Assembly (NCBI GenBank): GCA_964016885.1
Contig: OZ024749.1
Coordinates: forward strand, 4,030,001-4,094,000
Length of the DNA: 64,000 nt
Origin: Eledone cirrhosa
Taxonomy: Eukaryota
Direction of reading: 5' to 3'
The number at the start of each line of letters is the position of its first letter. The first letter of the stretch is position 1. The notes below the pieces were generated by a model that did not search any database, had not been told where the DNA came from, and saw nothing but the letters and a program-made list of their open reading frames with translations. A program made the position numbers and the translations under genes. This document shows positions 14,608 through 28,996 of the stretch, piece by piece.

Positions 14608-16943
14608 TCAATCCTGGTAGTATTTATAATATGAAAATGTAGATTTTAAGCGATGGTTACAGTATAACGATCGCTCTATTCTGTTATTTAATAAAATGTT
14701 TTTGGATTTCATAATACAAAATAATCCTACATTACATAATTTACCAAATTCCTGTCCATGGGATATGGGTGGGGTGGGGGGGTGGCAGCCGCTATTATAT
14801 CCCATTTTAGGTGAAATTGTTGGTTATTTTCACGCAGCTGCCAAGCCTTGTCTGCGAGTGTTGTTACATAACGCTGGTTTTCATGTTTTATCGAATAACA
14901 ATGTCTATAAAGGCGTGATTTGAAGGAGGTGGCTGTAGATCCCACATAGTACCACTTCTGTCTATCCGATTCGATAGTACATTTGTATACGATGTTGCGT
15001 TCAAGACACTGATTGTTCAACGGACACATTCCTGGTTGGACACAGTTGCAATTATAATTTTGCGTTGTTGTATTGCCATGGATGGGTTGATGAGGTTGCT
15101 TATGTAGGACAGGATGTTGTTTGTTGTTTTGTGATGTTATAGCTAATGTTTTACGTGTATTGTTATGTGTTGGAAGGCGTTTATACAACCGTTTTGCGTT
15201 AAGCTTTTTTATATGTTGTTCAATATTAGGGGCGGTTGAATATGAAAGTCGAATAGTGTTAGGGTTTAAGATTTTATTATATTTATGTGATGTTGGAAAG
15301 TGTTTTCTAACTAATCGAAATAATTTTGAGGGTAGATTGGTTTTAATAGAGTTGTTATAGACCGGGTTGTACCAGATATACTCCTTACATCGCCTTCTGT
15401 TTGGTGGTGTGCGACTATTATTGTGTCTATTGCGGTAGTGTATGTATGGTGGTGATTCTGTGCTATTTCTACTCCTATGTGATTTATTTTGGGTGTTTTG
15501 GTGATCTTTGACTATATACTCTATATTATCTAGGTGACCGGCTTTCCTAAGTGCATCATCATAATACTCGGCATGTTCTTTGAAGGTTTGTTGGTTGGAC
15601 GATAGGCGGTAGATCCTAAGAGAAACATTTCTAGGGATGGATTTAATTATAGAGAGTGGATGGTTAGAACTCGTATTTACATATTTAAGGTTCTCATTTA
15701 GTTTATGGAACGGTTTAATCGTATCTGTATTGAGATTGAAAGTAACATCAAGGAAATTGACCTCTTTGAGGTTATATTCAAATGTAATATTTAATCCTAG
15801 TTCCTTAAAAAGCTTTCTGATAGTTTTACGCATCCTTTCTAAATTCTGGTTATTCATATGCTTAACTAATAGGAGCGCATCGTCACGGTAAATTCCACCG
15901 TGGAGATCCTTGAATTTTCCTTGTAATCTGTGGGTGATATAAATTCCCACAAGATCTGTTACTTCCGCCGAATCGTTAGAACCCATAGTGATATCAAAAT
16001 TAGAAGGTCTATCTTTGCGAACCCAGTAGCTATCATCGAATTTAACTATAGTTTTGTTTTTCTCGCTTCCATAATAATTTTAATTTCAGCATCCGTAAGG
16101 TCGGAATTATCCTTAGCGAACGAAAGAGCTTCATGTAGAGTATCAGGTGAAATTGAGGAATAATATTCATCAATATCAAACTGAATAAATTTTGATTTTT
16201 TTCTTATCAGTAATGTTATTAAACCATCTTATTGCTTCATGAGTGTTACCCCATAGTTTAATCTCTACTTTAACCTTAACTTGGGGGATAATTCTGTCTA
16301 GTATATATTTGCTAATTTTACCTATATCAGATTTAGAGGGGCATATAAGTCTAATATTAGGGTTAGTATCGAAGTTTACCTTGTGGTCCTTCAGGTTGAA
16401 TGATGGTATAGCTGGTGTTAAGGGTTGCGTTCTATCGTCAATACAAAGTTTTTTAACAATATCACATGCCGAGTTGTTGATGTTTTTAAGTGTGGCTTCA
16501 TTAGTTTTCCTGTATTTTTTATGCAATTCCTTACGGATGAAGTTATTGTAAGTGTCCACATCCATGGTATATACGTTTGATGTTTTGTCTGCTCTAACAA
16601 TAATTCCATTGGCGTTTTTTAGATTATTGAGCAGTGCCGTGATGTCATTCTGTAGTTTATTGTTCTTACGTTTTGTAAATTTGATCTCCATGATCATATC
16701 CATTAGGTCTTGTTCAAATGCATCCAAAAGTGGGTTTGAGGGTGGGTTCTTGTAAGATTTAAATCCAAATTTATCCTTGTTAAAATCCGATGTTTGGTTT
16801 ATACGGCTTTTGTCAAAATGGAATGTTTTCCATCTGATTCGTCGAATAAAATCATTGGTCCTTCGTATCATACCTAGAATATATTCCCTTTTTGCCTGAA
16901 TAGGTATGTTTTTTAACGACATATCCAATTGGTGCCTTTCCAT
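14608..16943 (-). pseudogene. PLE polyprotein (RT, CxC/CPL zinc linker, GIY-YIG endonuclease), three frameshifts
   Basis: Motifs in order: SLKNIPI..FIRRIRWK..FGFKS; FIQFDIDEYYSSI; FDITMGSNDSAEVTDLVG; GIYRDDAL; NFLDVTFNL; CNC..CPLNNQCL..IVYKC..YYVGST..FKSRLYRH; KLC..LLNNRIE..CNH. Shifts at the T-run near 16196-16202, an AAAAC duplication near 16055, and a G-run near 14775. Confidence 0.9.
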
Positions 16944-16990
16944 TTTAGAGGCGTATGCTGAATTAGTTGCTCAACTGTATAGGAGATTAA

Positions 16991-17260
16991 TAAAATTTCA
17001 GGTTATCAATAATGTAGTGATAATATATCGTTACGTTAGAGATGAACAGCGTACGTGCAGGTTTGCTCAACGAGTATAAATTATATTCCGGAGAAATGTA
17101 GAAAGGATGAATATTAAATGAAAGTGCTTTTGTTAAAAAAGGAATTTATTAGGTATTGACATATGTTTCTGTAACAGACCGAATACCTATGTATCGCGGC
17201 TTGCGTAATCATATAATGTTAGCAAGTATTCGATAGCAAATGTATAATCAGTTGTCACTT
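16991..17260 (-). repeat. 5' pseudo-LTR of the PLE
   Basis: Direct repeat of 13866-14128, followed by 17264-17350, the reverse complement of 16785-16871. Confidence 0.9.
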
Positions 17261-17609
17261 CGTATGATACGAAGGACCAATGATTTTATTCGACGAATCA
17301 GATGGAAAACATTCCATTTTGACAAAAGCCGTATAAACCAAACATCGGATCTATAAACATCGGATCAAACATCAGAATATATAAAATTATACGCCATAAC
17401 ATATACAATCAATTATACGTACGAGAAAGTATACGTACCTTCACAAAACATACAGGTAATATATACTTACCTATGCAAATAAGTATCTTTGCTTAAACTT
17501 TAATCTGTTATTTTAATAAATATTTCTCTACGGTTCTTATATATTTGATATATATTTATCCTTATCGAGCCCTCTTTGGATTTTAGTCTTCAAATTTATT
17601 ATTATTACC

Positions 17610-17647
<38 letters not shown>

Positions 17648-17658
17648 TTATATATACA

Positions 17659-17723
<65 letters not shown>

Positions 17724-17868
17724 TTATATATGTATATTGAGGCACACACATATATGCGGCGTCTGCATATATATATAATATTTAATGATGAACATAAATA
17801 TAGATAAGTAGATATAGGCTTATATATTTATATATATATATAATATATATATATATATAGTATATATA

Positions 17869-17914
<46 letters not shown>

Positions 17915-17920
17915 TATATA

Positions 17921-17985
<65 letters not shown>

Positions 17986-18416
17986 CTTATATAGGGATTG
18001 AGTGAGAGAGTGTTAAAGAGAGAGCGAGCGAGAACGAACGAAAAGGGGAGCATTAGAGAGAAATAAGTGTTTGCACACCAACAGTGAGCCATCAGAGTTA
18101 AATCATACTAAATCTACATTCCTCTGACTGCATGATGAGTTCAAATCCCATTTGGTTCTTATTTGCAATTCGACCTTCAATGGTCGATAAAATCAATCAA
18201 GAAAATGAAGGGAGTATGCGTCAAAAATTGGTGTGTGGGAATGTGATGTATCTTTCCACTGTACTTGAAGTATGAATGATTTGGCAAGGTCATGCTAAGT
18301 ACATAAAAGTATATATTGGTATATGTATGTATGCCTGGATATGTATATATATATATACATGTGTGTGTATGTATGTTTTTGTGTGAGTGTTTCTATTATA
18401 TATACATACACACACA

Positions 18417-18450
<34 letters not shown>

Positions 18451-18599
18451 TATATATATATATATATGTGTGTGTGTGTATGTGTGTGTGTGTGTGTGTA
18501 CATCATGTACATATATCAATATAGACTCTGCTTTGACATTTGTAGATTTCAGTAAAACATTCGTTTCTCATATTTGAACAAAATTGATTTAAATATTAG

Positions 18600-19060
18600 A
18601 ACAACATGCCATGCCTGGGTAGGTTATTGTATCCCTTAACGCGGTATACAACAATATCACCTCCACTATATGTACCACTGATGGATAACCCCAAAGCCGC
18701 TATTATGCAAGGGGACAGGCACACTTGCTCCAATGTATGTTATTATGGCTGTAGACTATACTCTCCCCGTGTCTCTTAACTGAATTAAAGAGAAGGGCTT
18801 ACAACTTTACACCCAGTGTAGCTCCTGGAATGTTACTCTTTCTCTATTTGACAGTCACTACGAAGACGATAAAGATTGAAACAGTAATTCTCTTGAAAAT
18901 GCACAAGGCCGATTAAACTCTCCTGTGTCTGCTGCCAAATATGTTGGCTTCTACCGAAATGAATATATCAACTATTGCCAAAGCAATAATTCTGTTTCCC
19001 AGATAACTGGAAATACATATATCAAAGTTTTTAAATAAGTTGAAGACGATAAGTAAGATG
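18600..19060 (+). pseudogene. Decayed RTE-like LINE RT fragment
   Basis: YNNITSTICTTDG; MQGD..LAP..VDY; YEDD (YADD-like); LENAQ..AAKYVGF, spread over shifting frames. Confidence 0.55.
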
Positions 19061-20029
19061 TTTATATTTCCTCTTCTGAAAATGATTTAAAGTCAGAAGG
19101 GGCATGCCGTTGGTTGACTAACATTACATGCCTTTTTTTTTAGTGCCTCTGTTTCTAACGTGTGTTCGCCACAAGTGCAGGTTTACTCTCAGCAGCCTTT
19201 TAATATGTTTATCATATATACATCCATCCATCCATACACACATACGTACATACATACACACGTGCATACATACATATATACATACATATATACATACATA
19301 TATAAAGTTTATGTTTGTGTTTGGACATTTATTTCCCTATTTATAAATGCATATATATTAGAATGCATGCCTGATATGAGTGTCTGATCCCCGTTAATTT
19401 GTTGATAGAGTTTTAGGGAAACAATGTTATGGGCGGTAATTTGATTTGCGAGTGCGCCATGTGCCTTTGAGGAAGGCACTCTATTTTCAATTCTTCCAGT
19501 TCACGTCACACACAGTATCACATTCAATATTTATATAATCCACGAGAAGTGTACATATGGTATGGTCAGGCACTTGAATTTTAATTGAAAAAAAAAATTA
19601 TTGTATACAATAGTTCAACTCGGATAAGTGAAATACTCTGGATATATTAAATACGAATCGTTTTGTTGCATGAATACAGGTCTAACAATAGTACTTCCGT
19701 GTTCCTGTTGAAATCTGCCCAACTTAGAGAGATGCGATACTGTACAACGACCATTCCATTGCTAACCAGGAAAACATTTTGACTAAATAATCTTCTTATA
19801 AAAATATGTCATTCCGGAATTAGAATAGTTCTGTAGGCTCTTTTGCAAATGCATTACAGTTGTGTAAGAGGTGGAATTGGTATATTATAGAGATGATGGT
19901 GTTGTGACATGATCCACAAGAAAGGTGTAATGTATCCGAACATGGAAGAGCCGAACTCGCACTGTCATCGCCTCCATCTCTTTCGCCCTTCCCATCTCTC
20001 TTATTGTGAGCAAATGGCATCCCACGTTC

Positions 20030-20203
20030 CGGCCGCCCCACAGCCCCGGCGGACAATATGGAGAAGGCGTTTCCCCGGAGGATTGTAAGGGAGTGCGCTG
20101 GAAGAGCCATTCCATCTCGCGAAGCTCACACCTGCGGCTGGCCAGTTCAGCTCCTATGGTGGTGAGTAGGGAGGCAGCCCTAGGGCCAACGACACCAGAA
20201 GGT
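20030..20203 (-). pseudogene. 3' fragment of CRE-clade RLE retrotransposon
   Basis: SGVVGPRAASLLTTIGAELASRRCELREMEWLFQR / SLTILRGNAFSILSAG is a typical CRE endonuclease C-terminus. One frameshift. GC-rich island. Confidence 0.7.
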
Positions 20204-20521
20204 ATACTGATGAAGGAGAAATACTATTTACATTGACAACAGCTACTAACTGATAATGATGTCCTTAAACACGGTAGAAAAACCTCGAAATTAAAGAAAT
20301 CAGAACTTACAACGCAGAGAATACAACGGAATATCGCACAATAATATTTCTTTCTTTCCTGAAAGTTTAATAATAAAAAAAATAAAAAACTATCTCCCCA
20401 TCTTCCCCTGTCTCGGTCTCTCTCTCTCTCTATCTCTGTCTCTCTCTCTCCATCTCTATCTCTCTTTCTATATATATATATATATCTCTTCGCTCTTGAT
20501 CTGTCTAGTAACTCTTAGATG

Positions 20522-20568
<47 letters not shown>

Positions 20569-20793
20569 AGTGTGTGTGTCTTTATGTGTGTCTTTGTGTG
20601 TATATATACCGAGAGAAATAGAGAGACGTATGTATATGTGATTGCGTGTGCGTTTATATAAAATGGTGATTAGAATTAATATGAAATATTATCCACGTGA
20701 CTAGTTTTGTATTGTTACTATGGTTTCTGTTGTTTAATGACTGGTGAAACTTTATGTGCTGGACACAATATATTAAACTATATATATACATGT

Positions 20794-20829
<36 letters not shown>

Positions 20830-20830
20830 G

Positions 20831-20879
<49 letters not shown>

Positions 20880-21488
20880 TCATATACATATATATACAGT
20901 ATATATAATCAAATTATTCCTTTTGGTTGGCAATAATCCCATACAACATTTGCTACCCGTTAATACATTTAAACTATAAAAAATATATAAATAATTATTA
21001 CTAAACCTACTTAAACAACATATTTAAACAACAAAATAGTAGAAAACAAAGTCGAATGAGAAAGCCAGGACACATTCAACAGACTTCCTGATCAGTATTG
21101 ATATGGAGACGCAGATTTAGTGATGCAGGAAAAAGCTTCATTCGGGAATATTGTAAATTAATTAAGATAACCAATGGAGAAACCAGCCGTAATATTAGAC
21201 ATAGGAAGTGATTTCATTTACTGCAAATATCGTTATGTGTAGACAATCCTCCTAATTGATATAATTGCAAACGAATATCTGAAAGACCACATATATATAT
21301 ATATCAGTTTTTGTGTGTATGTGAATGAATATATATATGTACGTGGTTATGTATATATACATACATATATATATGTGTGTATGTATATATGTATACACAT
21401 ACACATATGTATATATATATGTGTTCATATATACATAAATACTTACATGTATATACATATTCTCAAATATACATATGTGTATATATAC

Positions 21489-21551
<63 letters not shown>

Positions 21552-22699
21552 TCTCTATGTGCACCCATGCATGTATTTGTGAGTTTGCGCGTGTTTTTCT
21601 ATGTGTTAGTATGCTCTGATACATGCGATTAGGAACGAAACATGTATTTTGATGGTCTGAACTGATAACAAAAGGAAAAATAAAGAATGAATCCTCGTAT
21701 TTACCTAAGGCCAATGTTTATAGTTTAATTGAATTATGGACCTCAAAGCGATCCTTTTTTCTGGTTATAAATACTATTCAAAAAATGATTGCTTGCAGGC
21801 ATGAAATCACAGAGCGTATAGCAGAATTAATAAGACCACATAATAATACTGATAATAAAAATAAAAAATTAACTAAAAATAATAATCGTAATAATAGCAA
21901 TTGAAATCCACAGATATTTTGATGGATAACAAAACAATTGGAGGAAACAACCAAATTGTTTGACATACACTGTTAACGTTTGATAGGGGAATGAGTCAGG
22001 GAACGTTCTATTCCAGATGAAATATTGTATTGAATTAGCCCGCAACCAAGTAAGAAAGAATATCTAATTACATCTCAGTTGTTTGTTGTTACAATTTGTT
22101 GTCATACAGCCCTATATCACCAATTTCCTGAAGGCATAGAGCCGTAAGCGAAGATCTTCCTGTTATATCCACCAATGGGTGTGTTCGTATGTATAACTAT
22201 ATATTTATTTAAACATGTGTAAGCACCTGTGTATGTGTATTTAGTATGTATGTATACGTTCCCTCTTATATACACCAAGCCTGTACACAAAAGTAGGTTA
22301 TATGTTTATCAACTATTAAGAAAATACTATAATGGAGTCCCTCAATATCTTCCCTGTAAAGTGCATTGTTTTAATGAAGAAGTTTCGATATTAGAGAGGA
22401 ATTTAACTGTTAATTCTAACTGGTCAAATGAAAAGATTTTTATATACGCTTTCTGTTTGATATAAATCAAATTCAAATAAATCTGGTTTATTCCAACCAC
22501 ATTATTTTACATAAGTTCTTGTTTCTATCTGTTATTGAATGTGGGTTCTGTATGGGTGTTGTGGAGACAATTTGGGCAATTTAGATTGATGATAATGACA
22601 TATTCGTGATATTGTTAGTTTCCTGGGTATAACTGAATATTTAATATGCTTTTGTGAAGTACTGATGTGTCTTTATGTCATGAAACATGCATATGATTT

Positions 22700-22945
22700 A
22701 TTAGAAAAATATGAAGTTTGAAAGCCACGACAATGCGAAATGGACGATCAAGAATCTAAAACTAAGCAGGATGGTACTACGTGTTACCTTATTTATCTGT
22801 CCTGATATTTCGAGATATGTCTCTTCTCGTAGGCAGAATATAACAAGTGACTCGTCCAGGATAAATAAATAAGGTAACACATAATATCGTATTTACAGTT
22901 CGCTCATTTCGCATTGTCGTCGTCTTCAAAATATATATTTTCTAA
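22700..22945. repeat. Imperfect foldback / MITE-like inverted repeat
   Basis: ACGACAATGCGAAATG pairs with CATTTCGCATTGTCGT, and GTGTTACCTTATTTAT pairs with ATAAATAAGGTAACAC, as nested arms. Confidence 0.6.
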
Positions 22946-23491
22946 ACCATACACAATGGCTCAAGCAAACTACAACTTTCTCCTATATGCCTTATTATAT
23001 ATGAAATGATTTCATAGAGTAGCTGCGGTATTACCGTCGTGTTAAATGTTTAGATGTGTACATACGGTTAATGAAAACCTCGCATTCGATGTTGAGTTAT
23101 CATGTAGATGATGTTTCGCTGATAAAATATCACACATGGTAGACCAGTTGATATATGGATTGCATTATGATTGCATTGTATTACATATGAAGTCACATCA
23201 TTGTTCTTTGAATAAGCGTTGATCATGTCAATGTTACACTTAGCATCATACATTAAACACACTCACGGTAATGTTTCTCGATTTCTATCCATTTATGCCG
23301 CCAAGGTTCTCAAACTTAGATGTTAACAGAGATATGATCAATAATAATTAAAAATCCATAATGAGATTAAAAGGTTGATTTCTGTACATGGAATAGTCCT
23401 ATAAGTTCGAAAATACGACAGGAGTTTCGCTTTAGGTCGCACAACTTAAAAACAACTTTGCTAAACAACACTATATATATATATTTATATT

Positions 23492-23587
<96 letters not shown>

Positions 23588-23589
23588 TA

Positions 23590-24444
23590 TATCATAAAAC
23601 ATGTCTATAGAATTACAAGATAAAATATATACTATTTCCTCTCCCAATTAGCATAATTAACTCTATAAAAATCGAATAGACCAGGCTATAAGAATGAGGC
23701 TTCTATGAAGGAATCTCCGACAAATAACCAACACTAGTGCTTCGCGTCGGCCGTAGTGGAATATTTATCGAATATTTCGACAGCGTAATCGCCTAGATAC
23801 AGTCAACTAAGCAGAATTAGGTTTAAAATAAATTAGGAGAAAATAGAATACATTTAAATACCTCTACCATGGTTTCGTCCGTGTTTTGAGTTTTCCAATA
23901 ATTATGTAATAATTATATAAACTCGAGCGCCGGATTCTTCAGGAAGCTCGCTCATATCTAGACATTAAATTTTCCAAACGATCGCGCCAAGAATTCATTT
24001 CAAAATGGCTAAAAATCGTGACGTAGTCGCGGTCAAGTTGGAAGTGGTGTGGTAGTTGCTTACGACTGGTGGCATTTTTGCTAGAAAGCACAGCACAATA
24101 CAGCCAAATTTTTATCTCAACCTAGTGGGAGATTATTACATATAAAAGTTTACATATATATATATATACATACACATACATATACGTGTTTTGCAACCGG
24201 TCACTTTGTGGCTCAATGTAAAATTAATAAATTAAACAATCAGAGCTATATATCATAAAACATGTCTATAGAATCACCAGATAAATATATACCATTTCCT
24301 CTCCCAATTAGCATATTTAACTATATAAAAATCGAATAGACCAGGCTATAAGAATGAGGCTTCTATGAAGGAATCTCCGACAAATAACCAACACTAGTGC
24401 TTCGCGTCGGCCGTAGTGGAATATTTATCGAATATTTCGACAGC

Positions 24445-24447
<3 letters not shown>
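23590..24447 (-). mobile_element. Retrozyme-like partial tandem, family D: about 660-bp unit with about 195-bp direct terminal repeats
   Basis: 23590-23787 is repeated at 24251-24447. Flanked by (TA)n on both sides. Internal HHR, no ORF. Confidence 0.75.
23860..23947 (-). ncRNA. Type I hammerhead ribozyme with extended stem II, family D
   Basis: GCTTC CTGAAGA A-TCCG..GAGTTT..ATAATTAT-TAC-ATAATTAT..AAACTC..CGGA-C GAAA CCATG GTA GAGGT. Palindromic stem III ACCATGGT, GUA triplet. Confidence 0.7.
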
Positions 24448-24518
<71 letters not shown>

Positions 24519-24545
24519 CTGTGTGTATGTATATATATATATATG

Positions 24546-24590
<45 letters not shown>

Positions 24591-24600
24591 ATATAAGTTA

Positions 24601-24639
<39 letters not shown>

Positions 24640-24747
24640 ACCTGTTTACCCCCCTTTTAATTTCAGTTTATTTTGATCATGCCTTTATTTTTAAATGTTC
24701 TCATTCCTTGTATTTTGATCATGCTTTATTTTTATTTATTATTTATT

Positions 24748-24960
24748 ATATTTTTGTCTTTATTTGTTAATATTTCATTCGCACCGTTTCCTTTCGCTAT
24801 ATGTCTCTCCACCACTCCTCTACACACCTTTTGAACTCTCACCTGAAGAAGGGCTTATGCCCGAAACCTCGTCCTCCCCCTACCCCCCACTCTCCTGAGC
24901 GTGAATTTAATAAACATTTGTCGTACTGCCTCTCTGTTCTGTCCCTGTTCAATTTTTCAT
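24748..24960 (+). mobile_element. PLE 3'-end repeat, family E, with minimal HHR (24841-24873, stem III mutated)
   Basis: Near-identical to 47799-48017. CTGAAGAAGGGCTTATGCCCGAAACCTC, AATAAA, then (TA)n. Confidence 0.75.
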
Positions 24961-25331
24961 TATGTATATATATATATATATTTATATATTTATATGTATA
25001 TATATATTTATATATATATATATATATATGTTTTACGTCATTCCAGTGGAAAAGCAAAGGAAAAAAGAGTGCTCTATGTATGGAACAGAGGTATTTAATT
25101 AGAAAGTGAAGAACACAAAATACAACTACTCCATTACCAGAGGTTTATGGATCACACACGATACAAATATAGACGATAACAATATAGACACATATACCCC
25201 CCCCCCTCACATACGCACACAACCCCCCCCCACACACACACACACGCACTTCTTTCTGTTTACACCAAAACAAGTCTTTCACTGACCAATACACATTCTA
25301 AAATGCGCCCAGACACAAACGAATCCTTAAA

Positions 25332-25418
<87 letters not shown>

Positions 25419-25421
25419 TTA

Positions 25422-25496
<75 letters not shown>

Positions 25497-25916
25497 TTAA
25501 TATAAATTAATATATATGGTAAACACTAATACAATTATATAAGTGTTTGTATTGTAAATGACCAAGTTAGCTAGATTGAAAAATACTAATTATATTAATA
25601 CAGTTTGCCTGTCTCGATTTAAAATAATAAATCAATTAAAACAAACCCATAGTGGCAATAGCCGTGGTACTTGGACAAATTTAAATTTCAAAATCAAAAC
25701 CTGTTCCGTAGATATGTTTAAACTTCAAAATCCAAATAAGTTTCGATAATTGAAAAAACGGCTCAGAAATATTTCTTTGAGCTATTTAATTGTAAAGGAT
25801 TGTTTGAGTTTATAACTCTATATATATATATATATATATATACATGTGTGTGTGTGTGTGTTTGTGTGTGTGTCTCTGTGTGTGTGTATTAAACATTTAT
25901 ATGCACACGTGCATGC

Positions 25917-26011
<95 letters not shown>

Positions 26012-26572
26012 CAGATAGATAGATAGATAGATAGATACCTGGATAGATAGATAGATAGTTGCATATACATAGAAGGCTTGCTGTGAATGTTGAAAGACAA
26101 AGACAACATGGTGGAGAATTAAATGTCGAACATATATCAAGCGACATTCATTCTTAAATTGAATGTGACAGCATTTTCCGATATGTTACCGATCACATGC
26201 ATCGATAATTATTTACAACGATGACAACATCGACAGAACAGCAACATCGCCATAACACCAATACCAAAATAACTACACGAACACCAACAACGACAAATCC
26301 TCTATAGTCCGATTATATATATAGCACTAACAGAATGAAATTTTTCAGTTATCTGACACGAAAGAATACCAAGATATTGGCGATATTTGAACTCAGAACG
26401 TAACAAAGTGGAGCACATATCGACGTACTTATGTAATGGTTCTGACATTTTCCCACCTGTTGTCTATCTATATATCTATCTATCTATCTATCTCTCTATA
26501 TATATATACCTATATACACACACACGCGCATATATATATATTTATATATATATATATATATATATGCGTATT

Positions 26573-26670
<98 letters not shown>

Positions 26671-26744
26671 TACATACATGTATATACATTTATATAAATA
26701 TATATATATATGCACATATATATGTATATATTTATACATGTACG

Positions 26745-26778
<34 letters not shown>

Positions 26779-26824
26779 GACTCATACACATACTTATAGT
26801 TATGTATACAATGTATGTATATAA

Positions 26825-26866
<42 letters not shown>

Positions 26867-27298
26867 GCATACACATTCATGTATATATATATACATATAT
26901 ATATATATACATGTATATACATACATTTTATTCGTACCTATATGTATGTGTATGAGTCTGTATAAAGATGTCTCCCATTCACATATCTATACATTCATAC
27001 GTGTGCGTATGTGAGCTTGTTCTTAAAAGCACAGACACGTCTTTGAACAATCCAAAATCGTCTAATGAATAATGACAAGATACAAGTTAGCCTCGAGATA
27101 AAGGTGTTTACCGTAATCTTCAAACAAGTGAATCGGTTCAAAGAGTAGCAGCAGAATCTTTCCTTAACGCTAGATAATGGGGAAAAATTTAATAAATAAT
27201 GATAATAATAATAATATCATTATTATTATCATTACTATTATTGTTATTAGTAGAATAAAAATAATAATGATAGCAATAATAATAATGATAATAATAAC

Positions 27299-27333
<35 letters not shown>

Positions 27334-27773
27334 TGATAATAATATTAATGAGGCTGATTCTTCAGGGAATGTATTTCGACTTCAAAATGGGGTTTTACAT
27401 GATGATGCAGTAATTCAGTATTTTCAATGGACGCTTCTGGTCAAATGCTATATACCTAAATTGATAGATTGCGTTCGATCAACGACATGCAATTTGAGAT
27501 TACCGATATTTCGTCATATCATTAATCTTTACTACTTTTCTCCCCGATTCCCCTCAAAACCCCTTGACATAGTAACGTATCGCAGTCTATCTCAGTAGGC
27601 AAAGGTTGTACTGAATGTCCGATTTAAGTGCTAAGAAGCATTTGTAGAACCATCACATGGCCGTCAATTTAGGAGTCACCTCATCACTCTTTTACTAAAT
27701 TAAAACCAACTCGTAAATTTGAATTTAATCTCTCCTAGAGTGGAGATATTCCGTGTATTTATGTTTATGAACA

Positions 27774-27866
<93 letters not shown>

Positions 27867-27924
27867 ACACACACACACACACATACACACACACACAAAT
27901 ATATATATATATATATATATAGTA

Positions 27925-28240
27925 TGTAGATAAATCTAACAAAATATACGGTAGTATCCAATCCGTATGAAGAACTCAATGTAATCCAAATATCATGAAA
28001 AGAGAAGATGTATTCAAAAATTGTTTCGATGAAAATCACAGGAAAACAGAGTCAAGATAATTTAATAAAAATAATGAATACAAACCAAAAAACGGTTCCT
28101 TATATTAAAAAAATCATCATTTTACGATCGTTTCTAGGATATATATGTGTGTGTTGGTATGTATATCTATGTAAACATTTTACAAACTATCAGAAGGAAT
28201 ATACATACCTACACATATATATGCTGTCTTCAGAAATAAT
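27925..28240 (-). mobile_element. Family C element with intact long-stem-II HHR (28116-28240)
   Basis: ATTATTT CTGAAGA [92 nt: CATATATATGTGT-GGTATGTATAT...ATATACATACC-ACACATATATAT] GAAA CGATC GTA AAATGAT. Confidence 0.75.
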
Positions 28241-28243
28241 TTA

Positions 28244-28337
<94 letters not shown>

Positions 28338-28996
28338 TGTATATGTGCGTGTGTGTGTGTGTTTGTGTGTATGTGCGTGGGTGTGTATGTGTCTGTGTGT
28401 GAGAGAGAGAGAGTGTGTGTGTGTGTGTGAGTGTGTGTGCGTGTGTGTGTGTGTGCGTGAGCGTGTGTGTATGTATACCACCACGTCTTCGTATACGAAG
28501 CCAAACAAGTTCTCTTACGTACGACGACGATACGACCATATCACGTGATGAAATATAAAGGCAGCGACCATATTAACTATTTTCTCACCAGCCACTCTCG
28601 TCTTCCACTATGTATGTGTGTATGTATAGAAATCGAAATACTATTGTGGACATCCCTGTAGGTGGTCACAGTGACACACACATCCACGCTCTCACAGTAC
28701 CCGACCCATCACATCCAACAGACATACGTAAACATACACAGGCGCACACACTAACGCACATACACCCGCACACACACTAACGCACATACACCCGCATATG
28801 AATGCATACACGCAAGTCCACCACGCATTTACAATAATTACCTCCCTGTCTTAACCTCTCTGGTGCATAAGGTACACCTTGATCAACAAATCTCCTGTAT
28901 GGCTCACATAATAAGCACGTGTATTTTTCCTCCGTTTTGTTTCCGTGTTTATCCTCATTCCTTTCTCATCTCACTCTTTTCCTCTTTTTCTAAATC

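Larger units (their letters stand above)
13866..17350 (-). mobile_element. Near full-length Penelope-like retroelement, Naiad-type
   Basis: Interrupted RT + GIY-YIG ORF. Direct pseudo-LTRs at 13866-14128 and 16991-17260. Inverted 5' fragment at 17264-17350. The 3' end runs into (TA)n. Confidence 0.92.

Noticed and set aside
14130-16943. Selenocysteine recoding or SECIS, as reported for some Naiads
   Set aside because: No in-frame TGA at conserved Cys positions and no convincing SECIS in the 3' UTR.
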